A stretch of DNA of 64,000 nucleotides from Candidatus Eiseniibacteriota bacterium (GCA_963702435.1 CAVPCR010000005.1:352001-416000); one strand, 5' to 3'. Numbered from the stretch's first letter, positions 1-11,901 are shown. Notes: generated by a model from the sequence alone, not told the origin. A program made the numbers and translations.

Positions 1-1
1 C

Positions 2-742
2 GCCGGGAACGTGAGCCACATCGACTCGATGCGGGATCCGCTCCTCGACCTGAAGCTGAACGCGGCCGACCATGTCTCCCTGCTCGAGACCTGCCGCCGG
101 GTCGCGCCTGACGCCCGCATCATCTACTCCTCCACCCGTCAGGTGTACGGCCGCCCCGATTACCTGCCGGTGGACGAGAAGCATCCGGTGCGTCCCGTCG
201 ACGTGAACGGGGTGAGCAAGCTCGCCGGGGAGCACTTCCATCTCGTCTACCATCAGGTCCACCACCTGCGCTCGGTCATCCTGCGGCTCACGAACACGTA
301 CGGCCCGCGGCAGCTCGTCCGCCACTCCCGGCAGGGCTTCATCGGCTGGTTCGTGCGCCTGATCGTGGACGGCGGAGAGGTGAAGCTCTACGGCGACGGC
401 ATGCAGCTCCGCGACCTCGCCTACGTGGACGACGTGGTCGAGGGATTGCTGCGCGCCGGGGCCGTCGAGGACGCCTACGGGCAGGTGCTCAACCTGGGTG
501 GGAGCGAGCCGACGCCGCTCCTCACCATCACGAGGCTGCTCATCGCGGCGGCCGGCACCGGCAGCGTGACGCTCGTGCCGTGGCCGCCCGAGAAGCAGGC
601 GATCGACATCGGGAGCTGCTACTGCGACTACGGCGCGGCGACGCGCCTCATCGGCTGGCGGCCGCGCACCGAGCTCGCCGCCGGGCTCGGCGCCATGGTC
701 GCCTACTACCGGGAGCACCGCGCCCACTACTGGGGCGACTGA
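2..742 (+). CDS. NAD-dependent epimerase/dehydratase (extended SDR), 5'-truncated by window edge
   Basis: SSTRQVYG, NGVSKLAGE, LRLTNTYGPRQ, GDGMQLRDLAYVDD motifs typical of nucleotide-sugar epimerases; frame open from window start. Confidence 0.9.
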   Translation, partial: AGNVSHIDSMRDPLLDLKLNAADHVSLLETCRRVAPDARIIYSSTRQVYGRPDYLPVDEKHPVRPVDVNGVSKLAGEHFHLVYHQVHHLRSVILRLTNTYGPRQLVRHSRQGFIGWFVRLIVDGGEVKLYGDGMQLRDLAYVDDVVEGLLRAGAVEDAYGQVLNLGGSEPTPLLTITRLLIAAAGTGSVTLVPWPPEKQAIDIGSCYCDYGAATRLIGWRPRTELAAGLGAMVAYYREHRAHYWGD

Positions 743-789
743 CGCCGCGCCGGGGAAGGAGCCGCGGCCTCACCCCTGGTCCGCCGGCC

Positions 790-1608
790 TCACACTTCAT
801 CCACGGTGACGGACGGCACCCGGCTCTCGGCGGCGAAGACGATGCACAGCCGATTCGGCGCGCAGCAGACCTGGCAATCCTCGATCAGATCCTGTTCCCC
901 ACCACCGGCCGGATCCACCGGCACCGTGTTCGACTCGCCGCAGTGCCGGCAGGTGTAGGTGGCCGCATCGCAGAGGGCCGCCGGCCGGCGGCCCCGGCGG
1001 CGTTCCATGCGGCGCTCGCGCCGGGCCACGATCGCTCGCACGACGAGCCCGCTCGTCGGGTGGAGATGCCCGCGTCCGAGGAGCGCCGCCAGGGAGTCGA
1101 GCGGCAGGAAGCTGCTCCAGGCGGCGGGGTCGGGGGGTAGGGCGGCGGGACCGGGCACCTCGGCGACCGGATCGGGGACCTCGGCGACCGGGCCCTCCGC
1201 CGGCGTGTCGGCCACCGCGCAGCGGAACACCCAGGTCCGGGTCCGTTCCGCGGCGGCCTCCTGGTCGATCGCGCAGAGGAGCACCGGATCCGCGCCGGCC
1301 GCCTCCCCTGCTTCTTCCACCAGGCGGCGGGCCGCCGCCTCCGGAGTCGCGCCGCGATCGAGGAGACCGTCCAGGCACGCCGCGAGCGATCCGGATCCCG
1401 AAGCCTCCCCCACCCCGGCAGCCTCTCCCGCCCGCGGAGCAGGGCGGACGCGGATCTCGCCGGCGTGGTTCACGAGGAGGACCGCGATGCGCGTCCTCCC
1501 CCCCTCGCCGGGCCCGCGCGGATTCCTGCGCCGGGCCTCTGATTCCCGCGCGCGGCCGACAGCGCGACCTTCTGCGTCGCTGACCTCAACCCAGCCGGAA
1601 CGCGGCAC
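790..1608 (-). CDS. Degenerate NUDIX-like domain fused to CPXCG-type cysteine-rich zinc-ribbon domain
   Basis: C-terminal YTCRHCGE...DPAGGGEQDLIEDCQVCCAPN; N-terminal WVEVSDAEGRAVG...AVLLVNHAGEI and GATPEAAARRLVEEAG resemble a decayed Nudix box. Confidence 0.6.
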   Translation of the reverse strand: MPRSGWVEVSDAEGRAVGRARESEARRRNPRGPGEGGRTRIAVLLVNHAGEIRVRPAPRAGEAAGVGEASGSGSLAACLDGLLDRGATPEAAARRLVEEAGEAAGADPVLLCAIDQEAAAERTRTWVFRCAVADTPAEGPVAEVPDPVAEVPGPAALPPDPAAWSSFLPLDSLAALLGRGHLHPTSGLVVRAIVARRERRMERRRGRRPAALCDAATYTCRHCGESNTVPVDPAGGGEQDLIEDCQVCCAPNRLCIVFAAESRVPSVTVDEV

Positions 1609-1646
1609 AGCTCGCCATCACCGATCGACTGCCGATGCCGCGACCG

Positions 1647-2534
1647 TCAGGGACGGTTCGGCAAGGGCCGGCGCTCGAGGGTCCCGCTCCGCACGAGGTC
1701 GCCGTTCTGCGGCCGCCCGTCGAGCCCCCGGCTCTCGCCGGGTGCCCGCGGCGCGGAGCTCGCTCCCGGCTCCCCGGGGCGCTCCTCGCGACTGCGATCA
1801 TCGCGACCGCGCCCCTCGCGACTGCGATCATCGCGACCGCGGTCCTCGCCGCCGCGGCCCTCCGGCGGGCGCGGGGCCCGGAGGTCGCGCCGGAGATCAC
1901 CCTCCCGCGGCCGGCTCTCCCCGTCGCGTGATCGCAGGTCGCCGCGCCGCCCGGAGGAGCCGCCGGTCGGCCCCAGCGGCCGGCGCGGCTCGCCCGAGCG
2001 GTTCTCGCCGCTGCGGATCTCGCCGCTGCGGATCTCGCCGGATCGTCCGTTGGGCACCGACTGGAGGCCGCGCCCGCGCGAGCGGTCCTGCCCTCGGCGG
2101 CCGCCCAGCTCGTCGCCGGCACCGCCCCGCTCGCCCAGCCCGCGCTGGATGCCCGAGACCACGAGGGCGATCCCGAAGAAGAGAAGGAGCGCGCCCGACA
2201 GCCCACGCAGAGAACCGAGCACCGTGCGGTAGACCTCGAACACCCAGGCCTCGGTCGTGACCGGCGCCGGGAAAGCGGCCAGGGTGGGCGGGGATGTCTG
2301 CACCGGCACATTGCCCGGCGCCTGCACGTAGCGTTCGAGGGTCCACAGGGAGACACCGGACGAGATGCCGACCACGAGGAGTGCGAAGCTCACATAGCGG
2401 CGCCAGGCCGCGGCCACCGGGTCGGCCACGATACGGCCGAGAATGCCGGAGATCGACCCGCGGAAGAACAGGATGACGAGCGTGGTGGTGGCGACCGCCA
2501 CGACCAGGCTCACGAGCATGAGCAGGAGGAACAA
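1647..2534 (-). CDS. Membrane protein (about 3 TM) with long R/D/E/G-rich disordered C-terminal tail
   Basis: TTG start after AAGGAGG; hydrophobic segments; tail with SGEIR and RGRDDRSREG repeats. Confidence 0.65.
   Translation of the reverse strand: MFLLLMLVSLVVAVATTTLVILFFRGSISGILGRIVADPVAAAWRRYVSFALLVVGISSGVSLWTLERYVQAPGNVPVQTSPPTLAAFPAPVTTEAWVFEVYRTVLGSLRGLSGALLLFFGIALVVSGIQRGLGERGGAGDELGGRRGQDRSRGRGLQSVPNGRSGEIRSGEIRSGENRSGEPRRPLGPTGGSSGRRGDLRSRDGESRPREGDLRRDLRAPRPPEGRGGEDRGRDDRSREGRGRDDRSREERPGEPGASSAPRAPGESRGLDGRPQNGDLVRSGTLERRPLPNRP
1784..1841. repeat. 30-bp tandem duplication inside the disordered tail
   Basis: cctcgcgactgcgatcatcgcgaccgcg at 1784 and 1814. Confidence 0.8.
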
Positions 2535-2982
2535 GCTAGCCTCCTTGGGCTTGGAGATCCTGACTCGAGGATCCCGACCTCAAGAGGTCCCGATGGACGG
2601 CGTGCTCCGGCGCCGCCATCTGCGGCGCACGGCGGGCGACCTGGTCGCCTGGCACGGACAGGACCTCGGTTGTTCTGCTGCACCCAGCGGGGTGCACGCT
2701 GATTCTTGCGGCGCACCGCGTGCCCCGGGGGGGCACCGCTGCGCTCCGCGAAGGGAGAGGCCGGCCCGCGGGCAGGGCCTCCCCGAACGGCGACCGGCCG
2801 GACGGGGCGTTCCGGCCATCCTGATCTACCAGCGAGAACCGGCGGGAGCAAGCAAAAACTCGCTCCGGGACCGGGGCGTCCGGGGATCGCCCGCGCCGCC
2901 CGGCCCGGCTGCTGCCCGGGACTGCCGCCCGGGGCTGCCGCCGCAGGTGGCCGGCCGCCCGCGGCCAGGGCCCCGGCCTGCG

Positions 2983-4623
2983 CTAGAAACGACTGATCAG
3001 CTTGAGCTCGGCGCCGTCGAAAGCCGGCTCGAAGCGGCAGACCCCGCCGACGCAGACGAAGCCCGCATTCCGCGAGCCGACGAACAGCGTAAGCTCGTGC
3101 TGATCGAAGAGCGTGTACGCGATCTCGCCGCCCAGGAAGAAGGTGTCGTCTTCGCCTTGCAGGGCGAGCTGCACGTCCGACTTGTTGGTGCTCTCGATGA
3201 GCATGGAGACGCTCAGGTTCGGGCTCCGGCTGCCTTCGATCACGATGAACTCGGTGTCGTAGCTGCCCAGCCGATCCGAGCTCGCGTGCTGGTGCTCGTA
3301 CTGAAGATGCAGTCCGTAACGCTCCCCCAGTGGACGCCGGTAGTCGGCGAGCGGCGTCCACAGGGTGAGCAGCGGATCGGGCGTCTCCGGCGAGTCGAAG
3401 CTCCGCTGGTAGGACAGTCCGCCGACGAGGAGCGCGTCGCTCGCGAACTCCTGCGAGATCTCGCCGTAAACGTCGTCGAAGTGATTCCCCTGCTGCACAT
3501 CGGGATCGTGGTTCCGGGTGTAGGCCCAGTTGAACAGGAACGAGGTCTTGCCCTGCTCGAGGACGGCGTCCGTATGGTAGGTGGCCTCGATCTGGAAGCC
3601 CACTTCGTCCCGCGTGTCGAGCTGGTGCGGATGGCGGTTCAAGAGGTTGTACTGGTGCTCGCGGAGCCCGGCCGGCGGCAGGATGTAGGCGATACCGGCC
3701 GCGTTGTCGAACACCAGTCGGTCGTAGTCCTTGTACTCGCCGAGTAGACCGAGCCGCCCGATGGCGGTGGTCGCCACGGCGTAGAACCCGGTCCCGTGCA
3801 CGTTCGGCTCCGCGCTCCCGGAGCTCGTCGCCGGGCCGTCCACGCGGGCGAACTCGGCGTAGAGATCGACGTCCTGGACCGTGCTGGAGAGGCGGGCCGC
3901 CTTCATGTTCTGCGGCTCGCTGGTCGTCGTGCCCTGGCTCGGCACGTCGGTCGTGACCCAGCTCCCGCCGGCGCGGAAACCCAGGGGTAGACCGTACTCG
4001 AGATCGAGTCCGGTCATTTCCTCGGTCCACCCGCGGTCGGCGTCCTCGGCGTTGCCCTTCACCGTGGGCCCGAAGATCCCGGTCAGCTCACCATCGGGCA
4101 GATGCACGGCGCCCCTGAACCCGAAGAGATTGGTGTCGACCCGGAGCTGGCGGTTCTCGTAGGAGCGGAGCGCGAGCCCGCGCCCGAAGAGCGCGTAGAA
4201 GTTGCCGGCGCGGGCGTCGAAGTACTTGCCGAGGTACTCGCCGAAGCCGAAATCGAATCCGTAGCTGTCAGGCCCGTCGGGGTAGATCACCGGATCGGGC
4301 GGGGCGAAGGCCACGAAGCGGAGGCCCATGTTGAAACCGCCGCTCGTGCCGGTGAGATCGAGCCAGTTCTCGAAGATGGGCTGCGCGTCGCTGGTGCCGC
4401 CCCCGATTTTGGACTCCCCGTAGGAGACCTCCATCTGGTAGGTGGCGCTGAAGCCGCCGGGCAGATCGAGCTGTTGGGCGCCCGCAGGGTTCGCGACTGC
4501 GGCCGCGAGCCCGGCGGCGATGGCCAGCGCGGCGGGCGGGGCGGGCGCGACACTCCGCGCCCGCCCTGCAGTCCGCCGACTCGATGTTGCTCCCCGAACC
4601 GTCTCTGGTCGGGCCCGGCTCAT
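2983..4623 (-). CDS. DUF6029-like outer-membrane beta-barrel protein
   Basis: GNFYALFGRGLALRSYE and C-terminal GFVCVGGVCRFEPAFDG...RF; signal peptide; ATG overlaps the TlpA stop (ATGA). Confidence 0.75.
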   Translation of the reverse strand: MSRARPETVRGATSSRRTAGRARSVAPAPPAALAIAAGLAAAVANPAGAQQLDLPGGFSATYQMEVSYGESKIGGGTSDAQPIFENWLDLTGTSGGFNMGLRFVAFAPPDPVIYPDGPDSYGFDFGFGEYLGKYFDARAGNFYALFGRGLALRSYENRQLRVDTNLFGFRGAVHLPDGELTGIFGPTVKGNAEDADRGWTEEMTGLDLEYGLPLGFRAGGSWVTTDVPSQGTTTSEPQNMKAARLSSTVQDVDLYAEFARVDGPATSSGSAEPNVHGTGFYAVATTAIGRLGLLGEYKDYDRLVFDNAAGIAYILPPAGLREHQYNLLNRHPHQLDTRDEVGFQIEATYHTDAVLEQGKTSFLFNWAYTRNHDPDVQQGNHFDDVYGEISQEFASDALLVGGLSYQRSFDSPETPDPLLTLWTPLADYRRPLGERYGLHLQYEHQHASSDRLGSYDTEFIVIEGSRSPNLSVSMLIESTNKSDVQLALQGEDDTFFLGGEIAYTLFDQHELTLFVGSRNAGFVCVGGVCRFEPAFDGAELKLISRF

Positions 4624-5213
4624 TCGCCGCCACCCGGGGCGCCGGGCTCGGGTGCGGTGCCGCCGGCTCCCGCCTTGGCACCGGCGAAGAGCTCGCCGAG
4701 CACGCGGTCCACTTCCTTCTCGTCCCCCTCGCGATAGCCGGAGTGCGTGTACACCCGCTCCCCGGCCTGCGAGATGATGACCAGGTAGGGCACGTTCACG
4801 CCCTGGAGCGAGCGGAGCGTCCGCTGGTTCGGATCGAGGAGCACCTGGAACCCGTAGTCGTGCGTCTTGATGTACGACTTGACCTTGGACACGCTGCGGG
4901 TCTCGTCGATCGAGATGGCGACGACCTGGAGATTCTCCGCCGCGTACTTGACGCGCAGCGAGTCGACCTTCGGTAGCTCGCGCAGGCAGGGCTTGCACCA
5001 CGTGGCCCAGAAATCGATGAGGACCGGCCCCTTGGCGCGGATATCGTTCAGGGACACGTCCTTGCCATCGAGATCCTTGAGCACGAAGTTGGCGACTTCC
5101 GCCTCCTCGGCGCTCGTCGCCGCCGGAGCCGTGATCATGACCGCGGCGACGGCCGCGAGGAGCACGAGACCCAGCGGTCGCCGCCATGTCCGTCCGGCGG
5201 CGTTCTTCACCAT
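4620..5213 (-). CDS. TlpA-family thiol:disulfide oxidoreductase
   Basis: VLIDFWATWCKPCLRELP, VAISID, cis-Pro NVP; signal anchor; start uncertain (5213 or 5300). Confidence 0.9.
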   Translation of the reverse strand: MVKNAAGRTWRRPLGLVLLAAVAAVMITAPAATSAEEAEVANFVLKDLDGKDVSLNDIRAKGPVLIDFWATWCKPCLRELPKVDSLRVKYAAENLQVVAISIDETRSVSKVKSYIKTHDYGFQVLLDPNQRTLRSLQGVNVPYLVIISQAGERVYTHSGYREGDEKEVDRVLGELFAGAKAGAGGTAPEPGAPGGGE

Positions 5214-5343
5214 CGACCGCAGAAATCCACCCCCGAGCCGGGGGTCCCGGTTCTTACCCACGTTCGTCCTCCCTGGATTCGACGGATTCGGCCGCTGCAT
5301 CGAATGGACTCCGGTGTTCGCTGCACTCGGGCGCCCGGGAGCG

Positions 5344-6845
5344 CTAGCGCACGAGGTTCAGCTTGACCCGCTCGACGGCGCTGCCGCCGGCGCTGAGCTC
5401 GGCCCAGTAGACGCCCGACGCCATGCCCCGGCCGGCATCGTCCCGCCCGTCCCAGGTCACGACGTGCCGCCCGGCGGCGTACGACTCGTCGGCGAGGACG
5501 CGCACGCTGTGCCCGGCGGCATCGATGATGCGCAAGCGCGCGACCCCGGGCCGGTCGAGGGTGAATGCGATCGCGGTCGAGGGGTTGAAGGGATTCGGGC
5601 GCGCGGGCTCGAGGCTGAAGCCGCGCGCGACCGAGCCCGGCTCCCGCATCGTCCACGGAGATCGGGCTTCCCGCGAGCCAGGTGAGCGCGTTGAGCATCA
5701 CTGCGTCGCGGTTGGCGGCGGTCGAGATGGCCTCGAACCCGAAACCCAGGTTGACGGCGCGGTACGCCGGTGCCGAGCGCCCGGGTGGCCGCCGTGGTGC
5801 CGCCGGTCTGATAGGTCCAGGCAGTGCCACCGCCGACGAGCGGACGGATGACGTCGGGATCGGTCTGGTTGTTCGCCCCGTCGCCGCCCTGGAGCACGAG
5901 GTTCAGGCCCTGGGAGATCGGGTCCCCGGCGACCCCGTTCACGGTGAGGCTCGTCGAGTTGTTGTTCACGTATCGCGACTTGAGCGTCGTCTCGTACCAG
6001 GTGACGTTCGCCGCCGAGTAGTTCGGGCTCGCCGGGTCGCAAAGGTCGTAGGCGATGTCCTGCCCGGAGAGGACGAGCCCGCGGTTCCCGGCGAGATGGG
6101 CGGTGAGCGCGGTGCGATCGTCCGCGTTGAGGGTCGGCGTCGCGTTCCCGGTGAACCAGACCACGAACGGGAAGTTCTGGATCTCGGCTGCGGTGAGCAG
6201 GGCGGACGACCGGTGCCAGGTGCCCTGGCTCAGGAAACCCGGCACGGACGGCTCGTAGTAACTCTCGAGCGACTGGGTCCCGTCGTCATCCACGATCAGC
6301 ACCTGGACGCCTTCGGTGACGCAACCGAGCGTCAGATCGCGGAACAGGGTCGGCGTCGTCACCGAGCGGACGCGGAACGTGGCATACCCGCTGCCCTCGC
6401 CGCTCAACGGCGTGAAGTAGGCGGAGATCGTGTCGGTCTGGCTCGGGCTCAGCCCGAAGCCGCTGTTCCCGGCGCACGACGGGAAGCCGCAGGGGGCGTT
6501 GCCCGCATAGAGCGAGTCGACGAACGGCGCCTGGCAGGTTCCATCCTCGCCGCCGACGCAAATCGAGCACGTCCAGTTGGCCGGCAGATCCTGGCTGAGG
6601 CGGAGGATGTCGTACTGGTCCGCCTCGGTCCCCGTATTGGTGACCTCGCAATGGATCTTCACGTAGTCGAGCCCGGTCTGACCGACCTTCACCGCCTTCG
6701 GGGTCGTGAAGGTGAAGTTGATCGTCGCCTGTGCGTCTCCGGCCAGGGCGGTGCCGAGGCAGGCCCCGAGGAGCGCGAGCGCGATCAGCGCCCGGCGGGT
6801 CCGGACGCTGTTGGACATCGTGTGCTTGAACGGGATGATACGCAT
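5344..6845 (-). CDS. Secreted Cys-rich protein with FlgD-like C-terminal domain (indels near 5770 and 5650)
   Basis: Signal peptide; LPANWTCSIC domain; ILIVDDD domain; continues in other frames as YRAVNLGFGFEAI and PNPFNPSTAIAF...WDGRDDAGRGMASGVY. Confidence 0.75.
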
Positions 6846-6925
6846 CGGTCGTGATCCTCCGCGGACCTTTCAAGTCCGCATCCGCCTGCCGCGTCCAGCC
6901 GGGCAGGGCAACAACTCCAGGACCG

Positions 6926-8182
6926 CTAAGGCCAGTAGCTCACACCGGTCTGGACTACGCGCCGCCCGCCGCCGTTCTCCTGGGCGAAGGTGACGATCGC
7001 CAGATCATCCGGATCGATGTTTCCTCCCGGGAGCGGCCAGGCGTACTCGAACGTCACGTGATCTCCCTCCGCCAGCGCGCCGAGCGCCTCGCCGCCGACG
7101 GTACCCTGGGCCGGCGTCGGGAACAGATGACGAAGGACATTGTGATACTCCGACTGCCCGTTCGGTCCGGGCGGGTCGAGCACGACATGCTGCTCCACCA
7201 CATAGGTGAAGAGCAGGAGATTCGCCGGCAACGCGGCCGTCACCGCCCACACGTCCACGCGCGCGCGGTACTCGGTGGCGCCGAGCTCGGCGCGGACGCC
7301 GATCGCGAGCGGCGCGGGCACCGCGAGCTGCTGCTCGATGGCATTGCGGATCGGTCCTTCCCAGGGCGGCCCCGTGGGAACGGCGACCCCGTCCACGAGG
7401 ATGCGCGGCGCGCTTCCCACCTGGTTGAAGAAGATGCGCGCGTTGGCCGCGTTCTGGTTGAACTGGTAGTAGGGATCCCCCGCGCCGGGGAAGAAGGTGT
7501 GCGGATTCACGGACAGGGCGCGCCCGTTCTCGTAATCCACGAGCACCGCCTGCAAGGCGGCGTCGGCGGCCGGACAGGGGCCGCAGGCGTAGTTCGAGAA
7601 GTCCTCGCAGACGACGATCTTCGGCACCAGGAGATCGAAATCCGCAACCGCCACCTCGCCGGCCACGACCGTGACCTGCTGCGTGCCCGGATCGCTCCGG
7701 AAGCCGGCGAGGGAGAGCGTCACCGCATGCTCGCCGGGGGCGAGGCCGAGGACGGTGTCGGGCGCGGCGAGCCCGGTCGGCGCCCCGTCCACGAAGATGG
7801 CCGCGGGATACGGCGCGCTGACCCCGATCGCCCCCGTCACCGGGATCGACACGAGATCGAAGCGAACCGTGCGCACGGAGTCGGCGACCACCTCGACCGC
7901 CTGCGAATCGGGCGTGAAGAACCCGGCCAGGAAAACGCGGATGACGTGCGTCCCTTCGTCCACGTCGCGCAGGGTATCCGGCGTGACGAGCCCGGTGGCC
8001 GCGCCGTCGAGCGCGATCGTCGCGCCGGGCACCGTGGAGAGGACGGCGATCGATCCCTTGGGCACGGTGCCGCCGTTGTCGGGCCTGAAGGTCGGATCCT
8101 CCTGCCCGCAGGCGAGAAGGACCGCGGCGGCCAGCGTCACCGGCACGGCGAGCCGGACGAGCGACGGGCACTTCGATCGCAT
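6926..8182 (-). CDS. Omp28-like lipoprotein with two PEGA domains and CxxC
   Basis: Lipobox VLLAC; two PEGA-like repeats; EDFSNYACGPCP, HTFFPGAGDPYY, NGQSEYHNVLR. Confidence 0.8.
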   Translation of the reverse strand: MRSKCPSLVRLAVPVTLAAAVLLACGQEDPTFRPDNGGTVPKGSIAVLSTVPGATIALDGAATGLVTPDTLRDVDEGTHVIRVFLAGFFTPDSQAVEVVADSVRTVRFDLVSIPVTGAIGVSAPYPAAIFVDGAPTGLAAPDTVLGLAPGEHAVTLSLAGFRSDPGTQQVTVVAGEVAVADFDLLVPKIVVCEDFSNYACGPCPAADAALQAVLVDYENGRALSVNPHTFFPGAGDPYYQFNQNAANARIFFNQVGSAPRILVDGVAVPTGPPWEGPIRNAIEQQLAVPAPLAIGVRAELGATEYRARVDVWAVTAALPANLLLFTYVVEQHVVLDPPGPNGQSEYHNVLRHLFPTPAQGTVGGEALGALAEGDHVTFEYAWPLPGGNIDPDDLAIVTFAQENGGGRRVVQTGVSYWP

Positions 8183-8460
8183 CCCTCTCCATTCCGGATG
8201 GCGCGCGCGCGTTCTCACGTCCATGGGCGGTCGACGAACCTCCTGGCGGGCGCCGGGTGTATGGTGCAAGCCGATGGCAAGACGTGAATTAGCTCAGGGC
8301 CGCGGGCGGTGCTCGCTGCCACGGTTATTCTAGCACATGGCTGTCGCCTGGCGCGCCGGTGCCGGTGCGAATGGCGGCGGCCGGGGGCTCGCTCCTCCCG
8401 CCGCCCGGGCTACCCGGCCTGGTGCTATCTTCCCGCCGTGAGAGTCCGAAGGAGCTTCCG

Positions 8461-9848
<1,388 letters not shown>

Positions 9849-9851
9849 AGC

Positions 9852-11150
9852 ATGGGTGAGCCCGGGGCGAACGCTGCCATGCAGGCCGGGACCCTCCATC
9901 GGAGATCCCCGGGACGGCCCGCCGTCGCGGCCGGGGGGCACTCGCGGTCGCTCCTGGTGCCGCACCGGCTGCCGCTTCTGCTGCCGCTCCGGCTCCCGCT
10001 CCTCCTGTCGCTCCTCCTCCTGCTCCTGGCGGCTCCGGAGTCCCTCGCGACCCGCGTCATAGGCGATGACGACGCCCAGGTCGGGGACTGGAAGCGCTGG
10101 AAGATCGACCGCGAGGACCACTTCGAGATCGGTTTCCGCGGCGAATTCCAGCGCGTGGACGGCATCGTGCTCGGGATCGAGGAGACGATCAAGGGCGAGG
10201 GCGAGGACGACGTGGCGCCCCGCCTCGACCTCGCCCAGATCTACGCCATGCACCGCGGGCGCTGGCTGTACGAGGCGGCGGTCCACGTGCCGCTGCCGCT
10301 CCCCGGGCCGCCGCGCGTCGGCGCCGGGCTCTTCCGGCTCACGCGCTCCTTCTCCGGGTTCGACGATCGCATCATCGGCGACCTCGAGAACACGCTCGGA
10401 GCGCTGCTCTTCAAGGTGGATTACCGCGACTACTACGAGGAGGAGGGATTCGAGCTCCACCTCGAGCAGCCCTTCTGGCGCTGCAACCGGGCCGAGATCG
10501 GCTACGTCCAGAGCCGCCACGAGGCGGTCTACAACTCGACGCGCACGAGCCTCACCCACTGGGACGACGACTTCCGCCCGAATCCCGCCGCCGCCGAGGG
10601 GGACTCGCGCACGCTCGAGCTGGCGGCGAGCCGCGACACGCGCCGCGGGCAAAAGGGGCACCCCGGCACGGCCCACTGGTACCGCGTGTCCTGGCAGCGC
10701 GCGGGCGGGGCGCTCGGTGGCGACTTCGACTACTCGCAGCTCATCGCCGACCTGCGCCAGTACGTGAAGGTGAGCCCCGGGCAGTCGCTCTCCGGACGCA
10801 TCCTCTTCGGGGACAATTTCGCCGGACACCTGCCGCCGCAGAAGCTCTTCTCGCTCGGCGGCATCGGCACCCTGCGCGGCCACGACTTCAAGTCGTCGAC
10901 CGGCGATCAATGCCTGCTCGGGAACATCGAGTATCGCTTCGACGTGATGCGCAACTTCTACACGCTCACCTTCGTGGACGTGGGCGCGACCGCCAGCGGC
11001 GGCGAGGATGTCACCGGAGAGGAGTTCGATCTCGACGGCGGGTTCGGTCTCGGCACGCGGAACGGGCGCGCCGAGATCACGGTGGCGAGGAATCTGCGCG
11101 CCGCGGACGCGCCGTTCCTCGTCGGCTTCCGGCTGAGCATGATGTACTAG
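9852..11150 (+). CDS. BamA/TamA-type (surface antigen) outer-membrane beta-barrel protein
   Basis: LPPQKLFSLGGIGTLRGH, LGNIEYRF, FVDVG motifs; aromatic C-terminus. Confidence 0.7.
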   Translation: MGEPGANAAMQAGTLHRRSPGRPAVAAGGHSRSLLVPHRLPLLLPLRLPLLLSLLLLLLAAPESLATRVIGDDDAQVGDWKRWKIDREDHFEIGFRGEFQRVDGIVLGIEETIKGEGEDDVAPRLDLAQIYAMHRGRWLYEAAVHVPLPLPGPPRVGAGLFRLTRSFSGFDDRIIGDLENTLGALLFKVDYRDYYEEEGFELHLEQPFWRCNRAEIGYVQSRHEAVYNSTRTSLTHWDDDFRPNPAAAEGDSRTLELAASRDTRRGQKGHPGTAHWYRVSWQRAGGALGGDFDYSQLIADLRQYVKVSPGQSLSGRILFGDNFAGHLPPQKLFSLGGIGTLRGHDFKSSTGDQCLLGNIEYRFDVMRNFYTLTFVDVGATASGGEDVTGEEFDLDGGFGLGTRNGRAEITVARNLRAADAPFLVGFRLSMMY

Positions 11151-11159
11151 CGGGGCTGC

Positions 11160-11897
11160 ATGCGAGCGACGCGCACAACAAACAGGAGCACGGCGATCGC
11201 CATGCTGATCGCGCTGGCGGCGTTCACGCTGTCGGCATCCGCTGCGCGCGGTCAGACCCCGGCCGGCGAACCGGGCGCCGACGCGCACGCCGACTCGAGC
11301 GCCACGCGCGCGATCGACGTCGATGTGAAGCGCATCGCGGTGGGCGGCGCCGATCTGGTCATCGATCTCGAGATCGCGAACCTGATCGACCCAGCCACCG
11401 AGAAGACGCTCGCCCGCGGCGTGCCGGTGACGCTCATCCTGGACATCGAGATCTGGCGAGAGCGCTCCGCCTGGTTCGATCGCCTGGAGGCATCGCGTCA
11501 TCTGGCCTACAAGCTCCAGCTCGACGCCTGGGACGAGGTGTACGTCGTGCGCGATGCCGAGGGCCGCCAGGAGATCTTCCTCGATCTCGACGAGGCGCGC
11601 GGCGCGCTCGAGGATCGTCCGGCGCTCCCCATCGCGCCTCTCACCACGATCGAGCCGGAGTCGAGCTACTACATCGTCGTCGCCGCGGCGCTCAAACCGC
11701 TCACCGTCGAGGACGTGGAGGAGCTCGAGGGCTGGCTCTCGGGCGAAGTCAAGTCGGGACGGGCGCGTGACGTCGGGCTCCTCGGCCTGCCCAAGGCGCT
11801 GTTCGGAGTCGTCATGGACATGACCGGTCTCGGCGATCGCAACGACGTCAAGCGCACGCCGAGCTTCCGGCGCGGTGACGTGGTGGACGCCGAGTAG
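11160..11897 (+). CDS. DUF4390 domain exported protein
   Basis: Signal peptide; LARGVPVTL...EIWRERSAWFDR...LAYKLQLDAW pattern. Confidence 0.65.
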   Translation: MRATRTTNRSTAIAMLIALAAFTLSASAARGQTPAGEPGADAHADSSATRAIDVDVKRIAVGGADLVIDLEIANLIDPATEKTLARGVPVTLILDIEIWRERSAWFDRLEASRHLAYKLQLDAWDEVYVVRDAEGRQEIFLDLDEARGALEDRPALPIAPLTTIEPESSYYIVVAAALKPLTVEDVEELEGWLSGEVKSGRARDVGLLGLPKALFGVVMDMTGLGDRNDVKRTPSFRRGDVVDAE

Positions 11898-11901
11898 CCG
11901 G

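Noticed and set aside
4620..8182. Selenocysteine in TlpA/Omp28 redox motifs
   Set aside because: All motifs use Cys codons; no in-frame TGA
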